A stretch of DNA of 64,000 nucleotides from Podarcis bocagei (taxonomy: Eukaryota): the NCBI GenBank assembly GCA_964188305.1, contig OZ076885.1; one strand, written 5' to 3'. Position numbers and translations under genes: made by a program. Of this stretch, positions 48,601-59,700 are shown one piece after another (the first letter of the stretch is position 1; the number at the start of each line of letters is the position of its first letter). Under the pieces are notes generated by a model, which did not search any database, was not told the DNA's origin, and was given only the letters and a program-made list of their open reading frames with translations.

Positions 48601-50071
48601 TTTAGAACTGATACATCTAGTATGACAATAGGTACGGAATGAGTAACTTGGCAGCTTCAAAACTGGAAGCTTTTTTGGGATTTCAGATACACATTAGAGA
48701 AGGAGGTGCTCTTTTTAGGTCTTTGAGTCCACCAACTCCCCTGAGGCCTAATCACCTTAGAGATACCAAGCTGGTTCTGTTTGTTTTCTTGTTTGGGGGC
48801 CATTGTGGCTTTTGTGCTGGGATGTGTGCTCTGCTAGCCAGAACACTTTTTATGATCTACTCTAATGTGAGATTAAGCAAAAAGAATGGGTAAAATCATT
48901 GTTTTCCTTCCTGTCTTGCCTACCTTATCCCTAACGAAAGTGAGAATGAAGAGTTCATGGAGGCCTAACTCTAGTCATCAGGGTAACATGCTAAATATTT
49001 CCCCGCAGAGAAAAAAAACAAAGACGAAGATGCCCTCTCTTGTAAAGAAGTGGCAGAGCATTCAGCGGGAACTGGATGAGGAAGAAAACTCCAGCTCAAG
49101 TGATGAGGATCGGGATGTGATCTCACAGAAGAGAATTGAGGAATGGAAACAGCAGCAGTTAATCAGGTATGAGAGAGACAGTAAGATACGGTCTGATAGC
49201 ACCCCACTCCTTGCATCGCCCAGTGTGATTTGCTTCCAGATTTGATTCCAGATTTCTGTGCAGTATGGCACAGCCCATGGTTGTTGGTTTAAGTGACTTG
49301 TGCCACTGCAGGGTTTAGGTTGGTCTAATTATAGCTGTTCCTTTTTAAAGGAAGATTGGAGAGTCTTGTCATGTTTTCAGGGGCATTGGGCAAAATTGAA
49401 GATGGGGAATGTAACACATGCAGAACAGAAGTGGATATGGGGGTTTCAGTAGGCATCTTGTAGGCCTAATTTCCAGAAGTCACAGCACAACCTTGGGGGG
49501 GAAACCTTGTATGTGAGGCAGAAGAGAAAGAAATGTTATGTACTTGCAGCTAAAAAAAGAAATGGATTTAATGTGCTATATCATACTATGCATTGATATA
49601 ATAGTGAATGTGGGTGGTATGTAACACATCCCATCATTGCAAGCATTTATGTTTGCGCAACAGAACTCCCTTCTTCCTCCCCCCATGTGCCTGCTAAATC
49701 TGTTCTAGGGTTCACTCAACCCTCCAGAAAGATTTGGGGAGGACAGGGACAGGGGAGGAGAGAAGGAAACATTTCCATTGTACAAGCATAAATCTTTGCA
49801 CTGGCAGGACATGCTAGTTGGATACATGCTTTGTAAGTAGGTATTGTGTAAACATGAAAGCAGGTTCTTTGGGGGATCAGTTGCCTTCACAAATGGGCAC
49901 AGTCTGGAAAATATCAGAAATCTTGATTTCTTTAGTTCTCCTATTGCTGACTGGCAATCCTAATGCTTTGTTCTTCACAGTGGTATGGCAGAGAGAAATG
50001 CAAATTTTGAGGCTTTGCCTGATGACTGGCGATCTCGACTCAAGAGGCGGAAAGCTACTTCAAGCACATGA
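30221..50071 (+). CDS. FNBP4: Formin-binding protein 4 (FBP30; two WW domains, polyproline tracts), complete, 17 coding exons
   Basis: Exons: 30221-30344 ([25 protein letters not shown]), 37606-37698, 39162-39298 ([19 protein letters not shown]), 39554-39737, 40067-40214 (WW1: [29 protein letters not shown]), 40756-40885, 41483-41824, 42698-42896, 43487-43611, 44566-44670, 45248-45381 (PKGWSCHWD), 46351-46526 ([21 protein letters not shown], rest of WW2), 47146-47465 (poly-Pro), 48011-48155, 48255-48511, 49009-49166 ([16 protein letters not shown]), 49981-50071 ([27 protein letters not shown]). All introns GT-AG and phases consistent. Confidence 0.97.
32398..33848 (+). mobile_element. Tc1-family DNA transposon (IR/DR type) with decayed transposase
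   Basis: TA|CAGTGAG...CTCACTG|TA. Inverted repeats of about 200 bp (32398-32600, 33647-33848), each bounded by repeats of GTATTTGATCCC. Confidence 0.96.
32781..33632 (+). pseudogene. Tc1 transposase pseudogene
   Basis: [22 protein letters not shown] then an early TAG, a frameshifting deletion after [10 protein letters not shown], then [13 protein letters not shown] and [10 protein letters not shown]. An internal deletion removes the QxDND region. Ends [12 protein letters not shown]. Confidence 0.92.
34349..35836 (-). mobile_element. Young L2-clade LINE, 5'-truncated, with intact RT-to-stop frame
   Basis: Uninterrupted frame [65 protein letters not shown] to the stop at 34567. 3' stem-loop and (TTA)n tail at 34349-34370. 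Confidence 0.93.
36019..36264 (+). mobile_element. Sauria SINE, 5'-truncated
   Basis: Core and (ACCTTT)-like tail. 9-bp TSD AAGGGTATT (36010-36018, 36265-36273). Confidence 0.92.
37838..38453 (+). mobile_element. Solo LTR (probably Gypsy-type)
   Basis: TGTC...TGACA termini, 5-bp TSD GATGC/GATGT (one mismatch), purine-rich interior. Confidence 0.72.
40232..40693 (-). mobile_element. Solo LTR
   Basis: Perfect terminal inverted 8-mers TGTCAGGA...TCCTGACA. 5-bp TSD CAGGA/CAGAA. AATAAA on the minus strand at 40450-40455. Confidence 0.78.
45382..46350 (+). promoter_or_regulatory. FNBP4: FNBP4 intron 11, candidate splicing-regulatory (retained or poison) intron splitting WW2
   Basis: CpG-retaining 5' half with no recognisable TE. 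Read-through gives [16 protein letters not shown] (TGA 45431-45433). Several internal splice-site-like motifs. Confidence 0.55.
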
Positions 50072-51307
50072 GTCAACTTCGTTGTTATTTTGTTTTTTAA
50101 CCACACATGTACAGTTCAGAAACTTTTACTGTTGGATAAATGTAACTTTTTGAGGATACATATTTTTCAGTTGAACGACCTGACAGAGAAATTGCGTGGA
50201 CTTGTGAATCCTTTTAGAGGTGTATTTGGCAAATAGGCTTATGAAATAATGAATAGGCTTGACCACTCCTGTCTTAAACTCCTCCTAATCCCAGTTCACA
50301 CAAAGGTGGAATACCATCATGTCCAGTTCCTGGGTAGAGCTGGTACCAGAATTTATTAATGCACTTTGTGGAGTTGGAAATGGAACCTGCCATTTTGACT
50401 CTTCCTTGCTAAGCCCAAAAGTGTTCTTCCACTTCCTGGAAATATTTCTACAAGATGATGACCATTTGCAATTGGGTGTTACAGAACATGCAAATTAAAG
50501 ATGCACATTCTTTTCACAACAGACACAGTTCTGCATGATTTGAACCCCTTCTTCCATTCCTAATGTTTGCCAGGACCTTGGTTTTGGTAGCATTGCTCCT
50601 CTTGCTACATTTCATAGAATCAGTTCTTGTTTCTGTCCTAGAACCTGTATCAGACTAGCTATTTTTCCTGTAATGTTACCCTAGAATATACTTTTGGTGC
50701 TGTAACATTCTAATAGTTTCATTGGTGTGGCTATAGTGAGGTGGGACAGAAAGCAATTTTCAGCTTCCTCCACTGAGCACTTGAGCACTGTCTGGTGGGT
50801 TGTTCCTAATGCCTTCATTGGTGGGCAAAGAGAGGTAGGGGTAGCTGGCTCAGCACTTAAGTCAGCACGAGCCAGTCAGCAGCTGTGTGCCTGCACATTG
50901 CTGCATCAGCTGCTCCTGTCTCTGAATGCTCACTGGTGAACGCATGGGGTGGATATGTTCTTCCTTGCTCACTATCCAGCACTGTTCCCCATCTCAGTAG
51001 CTGCTGCTTGGTGGATGTGTACTAGAAGCCATTAGCAGTGAGGAGAGGGGAAATTAGCATTTCTCTGTTACTTTGTTCTGAGCCCCTCTTGTCAGGTTCC
51101 AGCAAAAGTAGGGTCTTTGTCTACATTTAAAGCCAGGCTAAATATTTATCCAACCTGTCAATGTATTGTGTCTTTTCCCTTGTTTACTTTTTTAAAAATG
51201 GAATCAAGTGGTATTGATTTTCTGTAAATGAAAGAAAAGGCAGTTTATGGTTGAACGCTGTTTGTATTTCTCCAGTTTCTGGCTTTGTAAATTTGTACAT
51301 ATACATT

Positions 51308-51313
51308 AATAAA
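51308..51313 (+). terminator. Probable FNBP4 polyadenylation signal
   Basis: AATAAA preceded by several TGTA motifs and followed by T-rich sequence, about 1.2 kb after the stop. Confidence 0.7.
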
Positions 51314-52189
51314 ATCACTTTTTATACTTCAGAACCTTCCTTATTTTTCTTTGACTTTATTGGCAGTATTAATTGTAAAGTTCAATGACATATGCTTGGG
51401 AATGTGATGTTTTATACCGCAGAGGTGGTTGGGGAGTAGTTGATACCAAAAACATGCTACTGCTCTGCTCAGTAAAACCATAGAATTATAGAAATTAAAT
51501 TCCCTTCTTCCAATAATATTTTTGAAAGGGAGGGCAGTAGTAAACAGAAGCTATACAGCGGGGTTTAAAGTTATCTGATGGAAGACTTTTAATCACTTAA
51601 AGCATTTTCCTCTTGTATCGAAAAGCACAGTGTACAAGTATACAAAGAAATTGATTTAAAATTTCTACTACTACTGTCATCTAACAACTAATTTCTTACA
51701 AGTTTATTTTTTAAAGGAAGGAAAAAAACTTTTCCATAGAAGCTAATCCATAGGAAGAAAGGACTCCCAAGATTTTGTCAAAAAGTCCTGACTTTTTCGT
51801 TCATGCTGTCCGAATGCTCTTTTCTGTAATACAGCAGTTCAAACCTGGATGATTCTGTCTCATGGGAAGGTAGTCTTTTTACAATTAGAAATACAATCTA
51901 ACCATAATTGCTGCTCCTCACTTTAATCTACACTCTGCTGGAAGTTTCCATAATTGCAGGGTAATTACAAGTGAAAAGTAAATAAACAGCACTCAGAATA
52001 AAATTACAGTGTTTAAATATTTCCTGCATCTATTTTTAAATGATTCTCTGCAAATTTCCTTTTTGTGTAGCTCAGTAATTGCCTTTATTTTGCTCAATGC
52101 ATGGGTGTAGCCAAGTGTGGGCAGGGAAGCAGCGTGCCCCCCCCCCGCGCAATCAGTAAAAAAAAGCTGCTCTCCCGTGGGTGCCTTCG

Positions 52190-52262
52190 TTGAGATTCCT
52201 GCAGGGGGTTGGACTAGATGACCCTCGTGGTCCCTTCCAAATCTGCAATTCTAGTGTTTCTA
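52190..52262 (+). mobile_element. CR1 3' end
   Basis: GGGTTGGACTAGATGACC..GGTCCCTTCCAA..ATTCTA, the characteristic CR1 terminus. Confidence 0.75.
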
Positions 52263-52779
52263 TCCGGAGTGGAGTCTCCAAGGCAGTAGAATGGTGCCTT
52301 GTACACCTTGCAACTCTTGCAGCCAAGCTGGTGCCAAAAATATTGCTCTACTTTCCATTGGACTACAGCAACGAAGTCTTGTCGTCTGGGCAGACCAGGA
52401 CCTCCATACACACTGCCCAGGCTTGTTCCCCCCCCGGGGGGGGGAGTCCCTTCGGTGCTGCTAATGCTATGATTCTCCAACGGTATGTCTTCACCCCCAG
52501 CAATGCACTCCATTGCATTGGAGTCAACTCCTAGGGGCTGAAGTCCCTTCAGGCCCCCCAATAAAACATTTGAGGGGGCCAGCTCCCCCCCCCCAAAAAA
52601 GTTGATGGGCATTGCCATTCAAATAGTGTGTGTGTGTGCTATTGTGATTGATTATGTGGAGCGGGGCTTAACTATCCCCCCATATATTATTATTTATTAT
52701 TATTATAAATTAATATACTGCTCTATATCCGGAAGTCTCAGGTATTCAAGTTGACACACCTGCTCCATTGTCTCTCGAG

Positions 52780-53420
52780 ACAAACAGATGCCCTCCACCC
52801 CCCCAAAATGGCCCCAGCCGACCCCGGACTGAGACATAAAACTGTGAAACGACAATGATCGGACAGAAGCAAGAGGTCCCTCCCCAGCTGCACGAAAAAA
52901 GCCCCAAACCCCACCAGGCGAGAAGCTGTCCTAGTTCAAGCAATGGCTTGTACCGCTGCCACTCCGCACTGACGGACCAATGAGCGGCTAGTCCCACCCC
53001 CAACCTGTCTGGTTCTGGCGTGGCTGGTAGCTAGGTTACCCGGCCGCCCCCCCCCCCCTCCTCTGAGTAGTGGTAGCTAAGACTGAAGAGGGGAAGAAGG
53101 CGGCCGGGGCGGGGGGAGCGCTCCTGAGAGCACTGAGGGGCGGGCAGGGGGCGGGCGCGAGAGTCACATATCTGGTAGGCAGCAAGTCCTGCCACTCCCT
53201 GCCCCCCGTCCCGAGATTGGGCGAATGTTATTGGCTCAGCCCGCGAGCGAGCGAGCGAGCGGCCTCCCGTCGACGGTTATGAAAAGCAGGCGCGCGCGCC
53301 GGTCCCGTGTGCGTCTGCGGGCGTTTTGTTGTGAGTGACCAAAGCTGTGTCGCCATAGAAGCCTTTCAGCTTCGTATGGGTCGGTGGAAAGGGTTGCCAG
53401 GCGCTTGAGGTAGAATATCT
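52780..53420 (+). promoter_or_regulatory. CpG-island promoter and probable non-coding first exon of AGBL2
   Basis: CpG-rich, with GC boxes, CCAAT/ATTGG boxes, a (GCGA)n run and X-box-like motifs. Candidate first donor GTT|GTGAGT at 53331. Confidence 0.8.
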
Positions 53421-53723
53421 TTCTTTTAGCCTGAGTCAGAGGAAGCGCAGGTCACCTTTTTAAAAGCCTGCTTTGAAGCCTCTTCTTCCGTATTTATTAT
53501 TTATCCATAATATCCCCGTCCCTTTGTCACAATTAACTCTTTCTCTCACACACATAACGTCACACCGACTTCGCGGGGAATCTCATGGGTGGAGACTGGC
53601 AGAATAATCAGCCTTTGTTGCTCTTGCCAAGTGGAAGACGAGGCTACTTCATATAGGCTTTCTTTTTATTATTATTAACGCCTTTTCTCCGCTTCTCTGC
53701 AGGAGGCTGTTGTGCTGAATGAC

Positions 53724-56700
53724 ATGTGTCCGGCAGATCCAGCATCTGAGGTCAGTACAAAAGTCAGTCCAAAAATGTACAGGGTTGGATGGTGTCAGTC
53801 ACCTCCTAGTTCTCAACTGGTTTTAAGTATTGATGGGATGCTAGAAAACCTTTCAGATCTCTTCAGCGGAGATTAGAATGATACACTTTGATTGTGTCTG
53901 GTTCGTTTTGAGATACTGTGCACTCAGAGAATTTATTCTTTATCTCAGCATTGTAACTTACAGGGTAGCTTAGTGGTTAGAGAGTGTCGGACTAGGGTTC
54001 GAATCTCAACTCAGCCATGCAACTTGCTGAGTGACCTTGGGCCAGTCATTTTCGCAGCCTAAACCTCACAGGTTGTTGTGAGGATAAAATGGGAGAAGGT
54101 GAGAACCATGTGTGCTGCCTCGAGCTCCTTGGAGGAAAGGTGGGATGTAAATGTAGTAAATAAATAGCAATGGATGCAGTGGTTTTGGTATATGAGGCTC
54201 ATAGTGTTCATTGCTCATTTTCCCTTCCTTAGCAGTTTAAAGAGCCATATGAAAGGTTCATACATCAGCATCTTCAATACTATGGCTATTTCAAAGGTAA
54301 GAATCTGATCCCAATCTGGGATTGGGTCCCATACAGATCGGTTTGTTTTATTTTATCTACCATTATCAGGCTCTGTAACTGATTGTTATAAAACATTTTC
54401 AGACATTTCTAAATGTTTTTAATTGTTTTGCTGTTTGCTGCCCTGGACTCCTTTGAGAGGAAGTGTAGCATAGAAATGTAATAAATGAATAGTCCTTAAG
54501 GTGCCAAAAGACCCCTCATTGTAATTTCCCCCTTATACTGAAGTTATAACTAGCCTGAAGCAACACTTGTTGACTTTAGTGGAATTTATTTCAGAATATG
54601 TGTATGCAATATCTTAATTTATTTGTCTGCCTAATATCTGTTATGTTAGATCTCTGTAAGGCTTCAGTGAATTCAGTGAGACCTATTTCTGAGTAGACAT
54701 ATATAGGATTGCACTGTAGATTGACATAGTCCCTCCTTATTATTTGGATGACACTGATAGCTATGCATACAACTATGCTGCTGGCATATAATAAGTAGCC
54801 CTAGTACTATAATGTTAGTTTAAAATTTTATTTAGTGGGTTTTTTATGCCAGTATAGTAGCTCACTACAATAACGATAAGCTCATAAATAAATTGATTTT
54901 GCCTATATTAGTTTGGGCTAGTTTTTCACATTAATAGTAGAATTTTCCCCCCCAGATGAAAATGTTCCTCAGAGCCCCAGTTTGCCTCTTGAAAGCTGGA
55001 AGAGTTCTTGCCCTGTGTCGAAGCCGGGTAACTTCCACAAGAAAAGTAGAGCAGAAAATAATTCAAACAAGAACTCATTCTGTAAGTAAGCTGTAAGCCT
55101 GATATGAGAAATATATTGATTGATTTGCTGTGAATGAAATGTATGATTGTGGCCTCATAGCTGCAAGGCTCCTGGGTATCTGTAAATAAACTTCTTTTGT
55201 ATTATTTCTTTTCCCTTTTCAGGTTCACTTATGATGGAGACTGCACTTCTTAAAAGCAACCAACTTATGTTTGACCATCCAGAGGGGCCTGGTATTCCGC
55301 GCTTGAGAGAACCTCGGAATCTTTTTTCTGTTCCCAATGATTCACTGTTGGCTCCACTCTGGCCAGTAGAATGTGAAGTGATCAAGGATTATATCCACCA
55401 CATTGGTAATTTCTTGGATTGAAATCAATGTTTTACATGGTTGATAATGTTTTGCTTTAAAGCTTTATGGCTATACAAGGAATGTGACTGAATACTTTTT
55501 CATTTGCACAAATCCAGATAACCCACTCCAAAATGAACAATGTAAGTTTAAGATTCCCCCTATGCAGTTATAAAAAATGTGAATATATAATACTCAATCA
55601 CTTTTCATAGTTCTTCCAGACTAAAACAAATAAACCATTATTTCAGTTGGCTCTATGGAGATGAGATTCCCAAATTTGTTGTTATAAATGTATTGTGGAT
55701 TAAATAACCATTATGGTGGTAAGATTTAATTAAGACCATTTCTCACATTCCCTTGTTATAGCAAAGAAATCAATACTTATGTTAGGAAAATATGTATAAT
55801 ATAATGTGTGAAGAGTGGTATCAGTATATTTGAGAAGCCAAATACACTGCCATTTCAGTGTTTGTCACCAGATGGCGGAGTGTAAGTTTAATATTGACTG
55901 TCACTCACTTTTTATTTAATAAGATGAGTTAATGAGGTCATAAAATTAATATTGTGGGGGGAAATCTATGTGTTAGCTGTGACTCATAACTTGGCATTAT
56001 CAGCAAATCATTACTATGGTCTCTAATGAAAATGTTTATAAAATAAGCCCCAAGAGTCCGATCTCTTAGAACCTTCATTGATTTGGCTTCTATGTTGTGT
56101 GCTTTCCTTTCTCCAGAGTCCCAGGGCTGGAGAACTTGATCCAGCCGGTGGGCCAAATCCTGACATCTCCCATGGCTACTTTAATAGGTGGGCAGGGCCA
56201 CCCATCTGTTAATTCCATGACTTACCATGGCATCAGGTGACAGACCACACAGACCAAATTAGGACCACTGCTGGACCTAATTTGGCTTGTAGGCCAAAGT
56301 TTTCCTATCACTACTCTAATTCATGTTACAGCACATAGTTTTCAGTTTAAGTAATTAAGTAATTTTATTTGTATTCCATTCTTCCTACTTATTTGTTTTC
56401 CTTGTCATACAACTAGAGATTGAGGGGAAATACTTCAATTCTTATTTAATGTCTTATTTTTTTTCTTCTAAAAGTACAAATAAGGCCACAATGGAAATAA
56501 ATGTCATTATGTATTTTGTTAGAGTGGGTTCCTCCTGAACCTGAACCTTTCTATCAGCCAACAGAAAATGAAATGGCTCCAGAAGTAATGGGAGAGGATC
56601 GTGGAACTGTTGTCTATGTCATAGATCCAGGTATTTGCATATATACACTGACAATAAACTGTAATAAAAGATATAGTACATTGCATATAGTGTCCGTTCC

Positions 56701-59700
56701 AGTAAACAAGAATGCAGGCATGAAAAATGTAAACTCAGAAGTCTGATTTTTTAAACAGCCTGAAATTATTATAAATAGTGAAGAATTGAATCCTAAAAAT
56801 AGTAGCTGCCTCAAATTTGTTAAGTTTCTAACAGCTCCATTGGTAGCCATTATGGGGGAAAGCACCTGTGAAACTACAGCATCTTTAGTTCTTTGCCCTG
56901 TTCTTAGAAAATAGTAATGGAAGCCAAATTGAAGTCATCTTTTTATTTGCAGCCAGTTTTCAGTGCTATTTGTTCATGGTTGCTCAGGACTGAGTAATTG
57001 ATTTTGCAGAATTGGCACACATACCTGCTAATTGAGACAAAACTGCAGTGCTAAGTCAGTGATAGCCATGCTTCCTCTTCTGCAGCAACCAAGGGTACCT
57101 GTTTCACTGGTTCCCGAGTTGGAGGGTCGAAAGAGCCCATCAAATCAGCTGCAGTCAGCTTAAGAGATCCAGAAGACACCACGCTGTTGTTTGAATCACG
57201 CTTTGAGAGTGGGAATCTCCAGAAAGCCGTCAGGGTGTGAGTAAGAGGAACTATCTGGAACTAAAAGAGGGGAAAACTTTTTAATATTATGGTTATAATG
57301 GGTGTCGAACCTCAAACCTGGAGCCACATAGAGCCCTCCATACCTCTAACTGGCCCTGGCACTCTTCCTCGGCCCCACCCCTCACTGGTCCTGCACTGCT
57401 TCCTCCTCAAGTGCTTTTGTTTGAACTGTGTCCTTGGACTTTGATTATTTGTCTTGCTTGCTTGGCTGGAGAGAGATGGGGAGGGGGTGTAGAAACTTTT
57501 CTACAGGTGGAATGTAGCATACAGTGGTACCTTGGTTCTCGAATGGTTTAGTCGTGGAACAAATCGGCTCCCAAACCCCGCAAACCCAGAAGTAAGTGTT
57601 CCGGTTTGCAAACGTTTTGTGGAAGCTGAACTTCCTATGCAGCTTCTGCTTGAGTGCAGGAAGCTCCTGCAGCCAATTGGAAGCCGTGCCTTAGTTTTTG
57701 AATTGTTTTGGGAGTTGAACGGACTTCTGGAATGGATTAAGTTTGAGAACCAAGGTACCACTGTATTGTACAAAGGTAAGAGTCACATTTTTTGTTTTGC
57801 CAATTTTTGCCTCTAGACTTGCCTACTCTTAGGCTGAAAAGATTCCCCACCCTGGGTCTGGGTCATCAAATGACAGTTCTCTTTAGCTTTTTCTATAATC
57901 TTGCATTGGTATATCACTTTTTGAGACTTTTTTAAAGTACTAGTGTGCCCATCATACATGCCTAGATCTTCAAGTGCTGCTCATCCATCTGATGCAATCC
58001 TAAGCAGGTCAAACAGTTTTTGATATTGAGTATCTTATGACCAGAAATTTATTGAATATATTATGGGTAAAGGTAAAGGGACCCCTGACCATTAGGTCCA
58101 GTCGTGTCTGACTCTGGGGTTGCGGTGCTCATCTCACTTTATTGGCTGGGGGAGCCGGCGTACAGCTTCCAGGTCATGTGGCCAGCATGACTAAGCCGCT
58201 TCTGGCAAACCAGAGCAGCGCACGGAAACACCGTTTACCTTCCCACCGGAGTGGTACCTATTTATCTACTTGCACTTTGACGTGCTTTTGAACTGCCAGG
58301 TTGGCAGATATTATGGGTAGCTTGTATTTATTATGTTACATTATTTCAAATACCTTTAATTATTGCAATTCTGTGGACATATGTGGGCAACTTGACCAGC
58401 TCCTTCAATACTCCCTAAAAAGTCTTATGGTACCTTAAAGACTAACAGATTTTTTGTGACATAAAATTTCTGTTAGTCTTTAAGTTGCAACAATCAATTC
58501 TTGTATAATTCTGTTACAGCAAAGTCTCCTCTGAAATGTCCTTTGTGAATTTTATCTAATGCTCAACATCACTAAAGTATGAATGCTAGTTTGCTGAGGT
58601 TTCCAGTGCTTTGAAAATGTGTGTGTATGAAAATGTCTGCATGAAACCCTAGAACAGAGATTTCCAAACTGTGTCCTGACACGTTAGTGTGTCGGCTGCT
58701 GTGTGTAGGTGTGTTGCACTCCTCCCGGGGCTGGGAAGGGGTTAGTTTAACCTCTGGTTTGCTAGTAAAACTGTGTCATTAATTGATGCATGTCTAAAAA
58801 GTGTGGCACCAACATGGAAAGCTTGGAAAGCTCTGCCCTAGAGAGCCACTTCAAGCAAATAAAGACATTGCTGAACAAGATGGACCAATGGCGTGACTCA
58901 GTATAAGACAGCATCTTATGTTCCAAATAATCAATAAAATAAATGTTGAAGCTGAATAAGTAACATATTACGCATGCTGTGTTCTGAGTATATTTAATAT
59001 TAACAGAATTTGCTAAACAGCATCAAATTATTAGGTAAGCATTTCCTCACCAGTGAGCTTGTGTGAGTGCATTGAAATAATATTTAAAATATATACTGCA
59101 CTTAGCTTATCAGTTCTTTGTAGTTTTGATAGAGCAGCCACTTTCCCAACTGCATGCAATTTTTCTGTTGAGCTTTCAGTTCAGCAGTTTTCACACCAAC
59201 TCTAAACCGATTTAAGCTCAAAGTGTGGGGTTTTATTCCAATCTTGTCCATTCATGGTTATTAGCTAATGCCCAATTCATTGTCAAAGCAATCAGCTCAT
59301 GAAGTTAAGGGAATTATTAATATGTGTACACACAATGGCTTGGGCTTAAATCCATGCCTTAGTCCCCACCTGACCCTTGAACACTAGTAGCTATTTAGGT
59401 TTTTTTTTTTGAAAAACTATATGCCAAAATTCATGTCTAATTTAGATCTGAATGCAGACATTGGGGCTTCAACCATCAAGCCAAGTGTTTTTCTTCTCTC
59501 TCTCTCTCTCCACTTCCATTTTGCTTAATTTCCATCCAGCCTGATGAAGCTTCTGTAGAACTCAAAAGTTCCTCATTATTTTGTTGGTTCTAAGGAAGCT
59601 AATGTGCATTTTGGAATTCTTCTCATAGATCAACAGGGCTTCTTTGCTTTCTGTATCTCCTATCAACCAACTATTCAGGGTTATTAGCAAGCAATCATCA

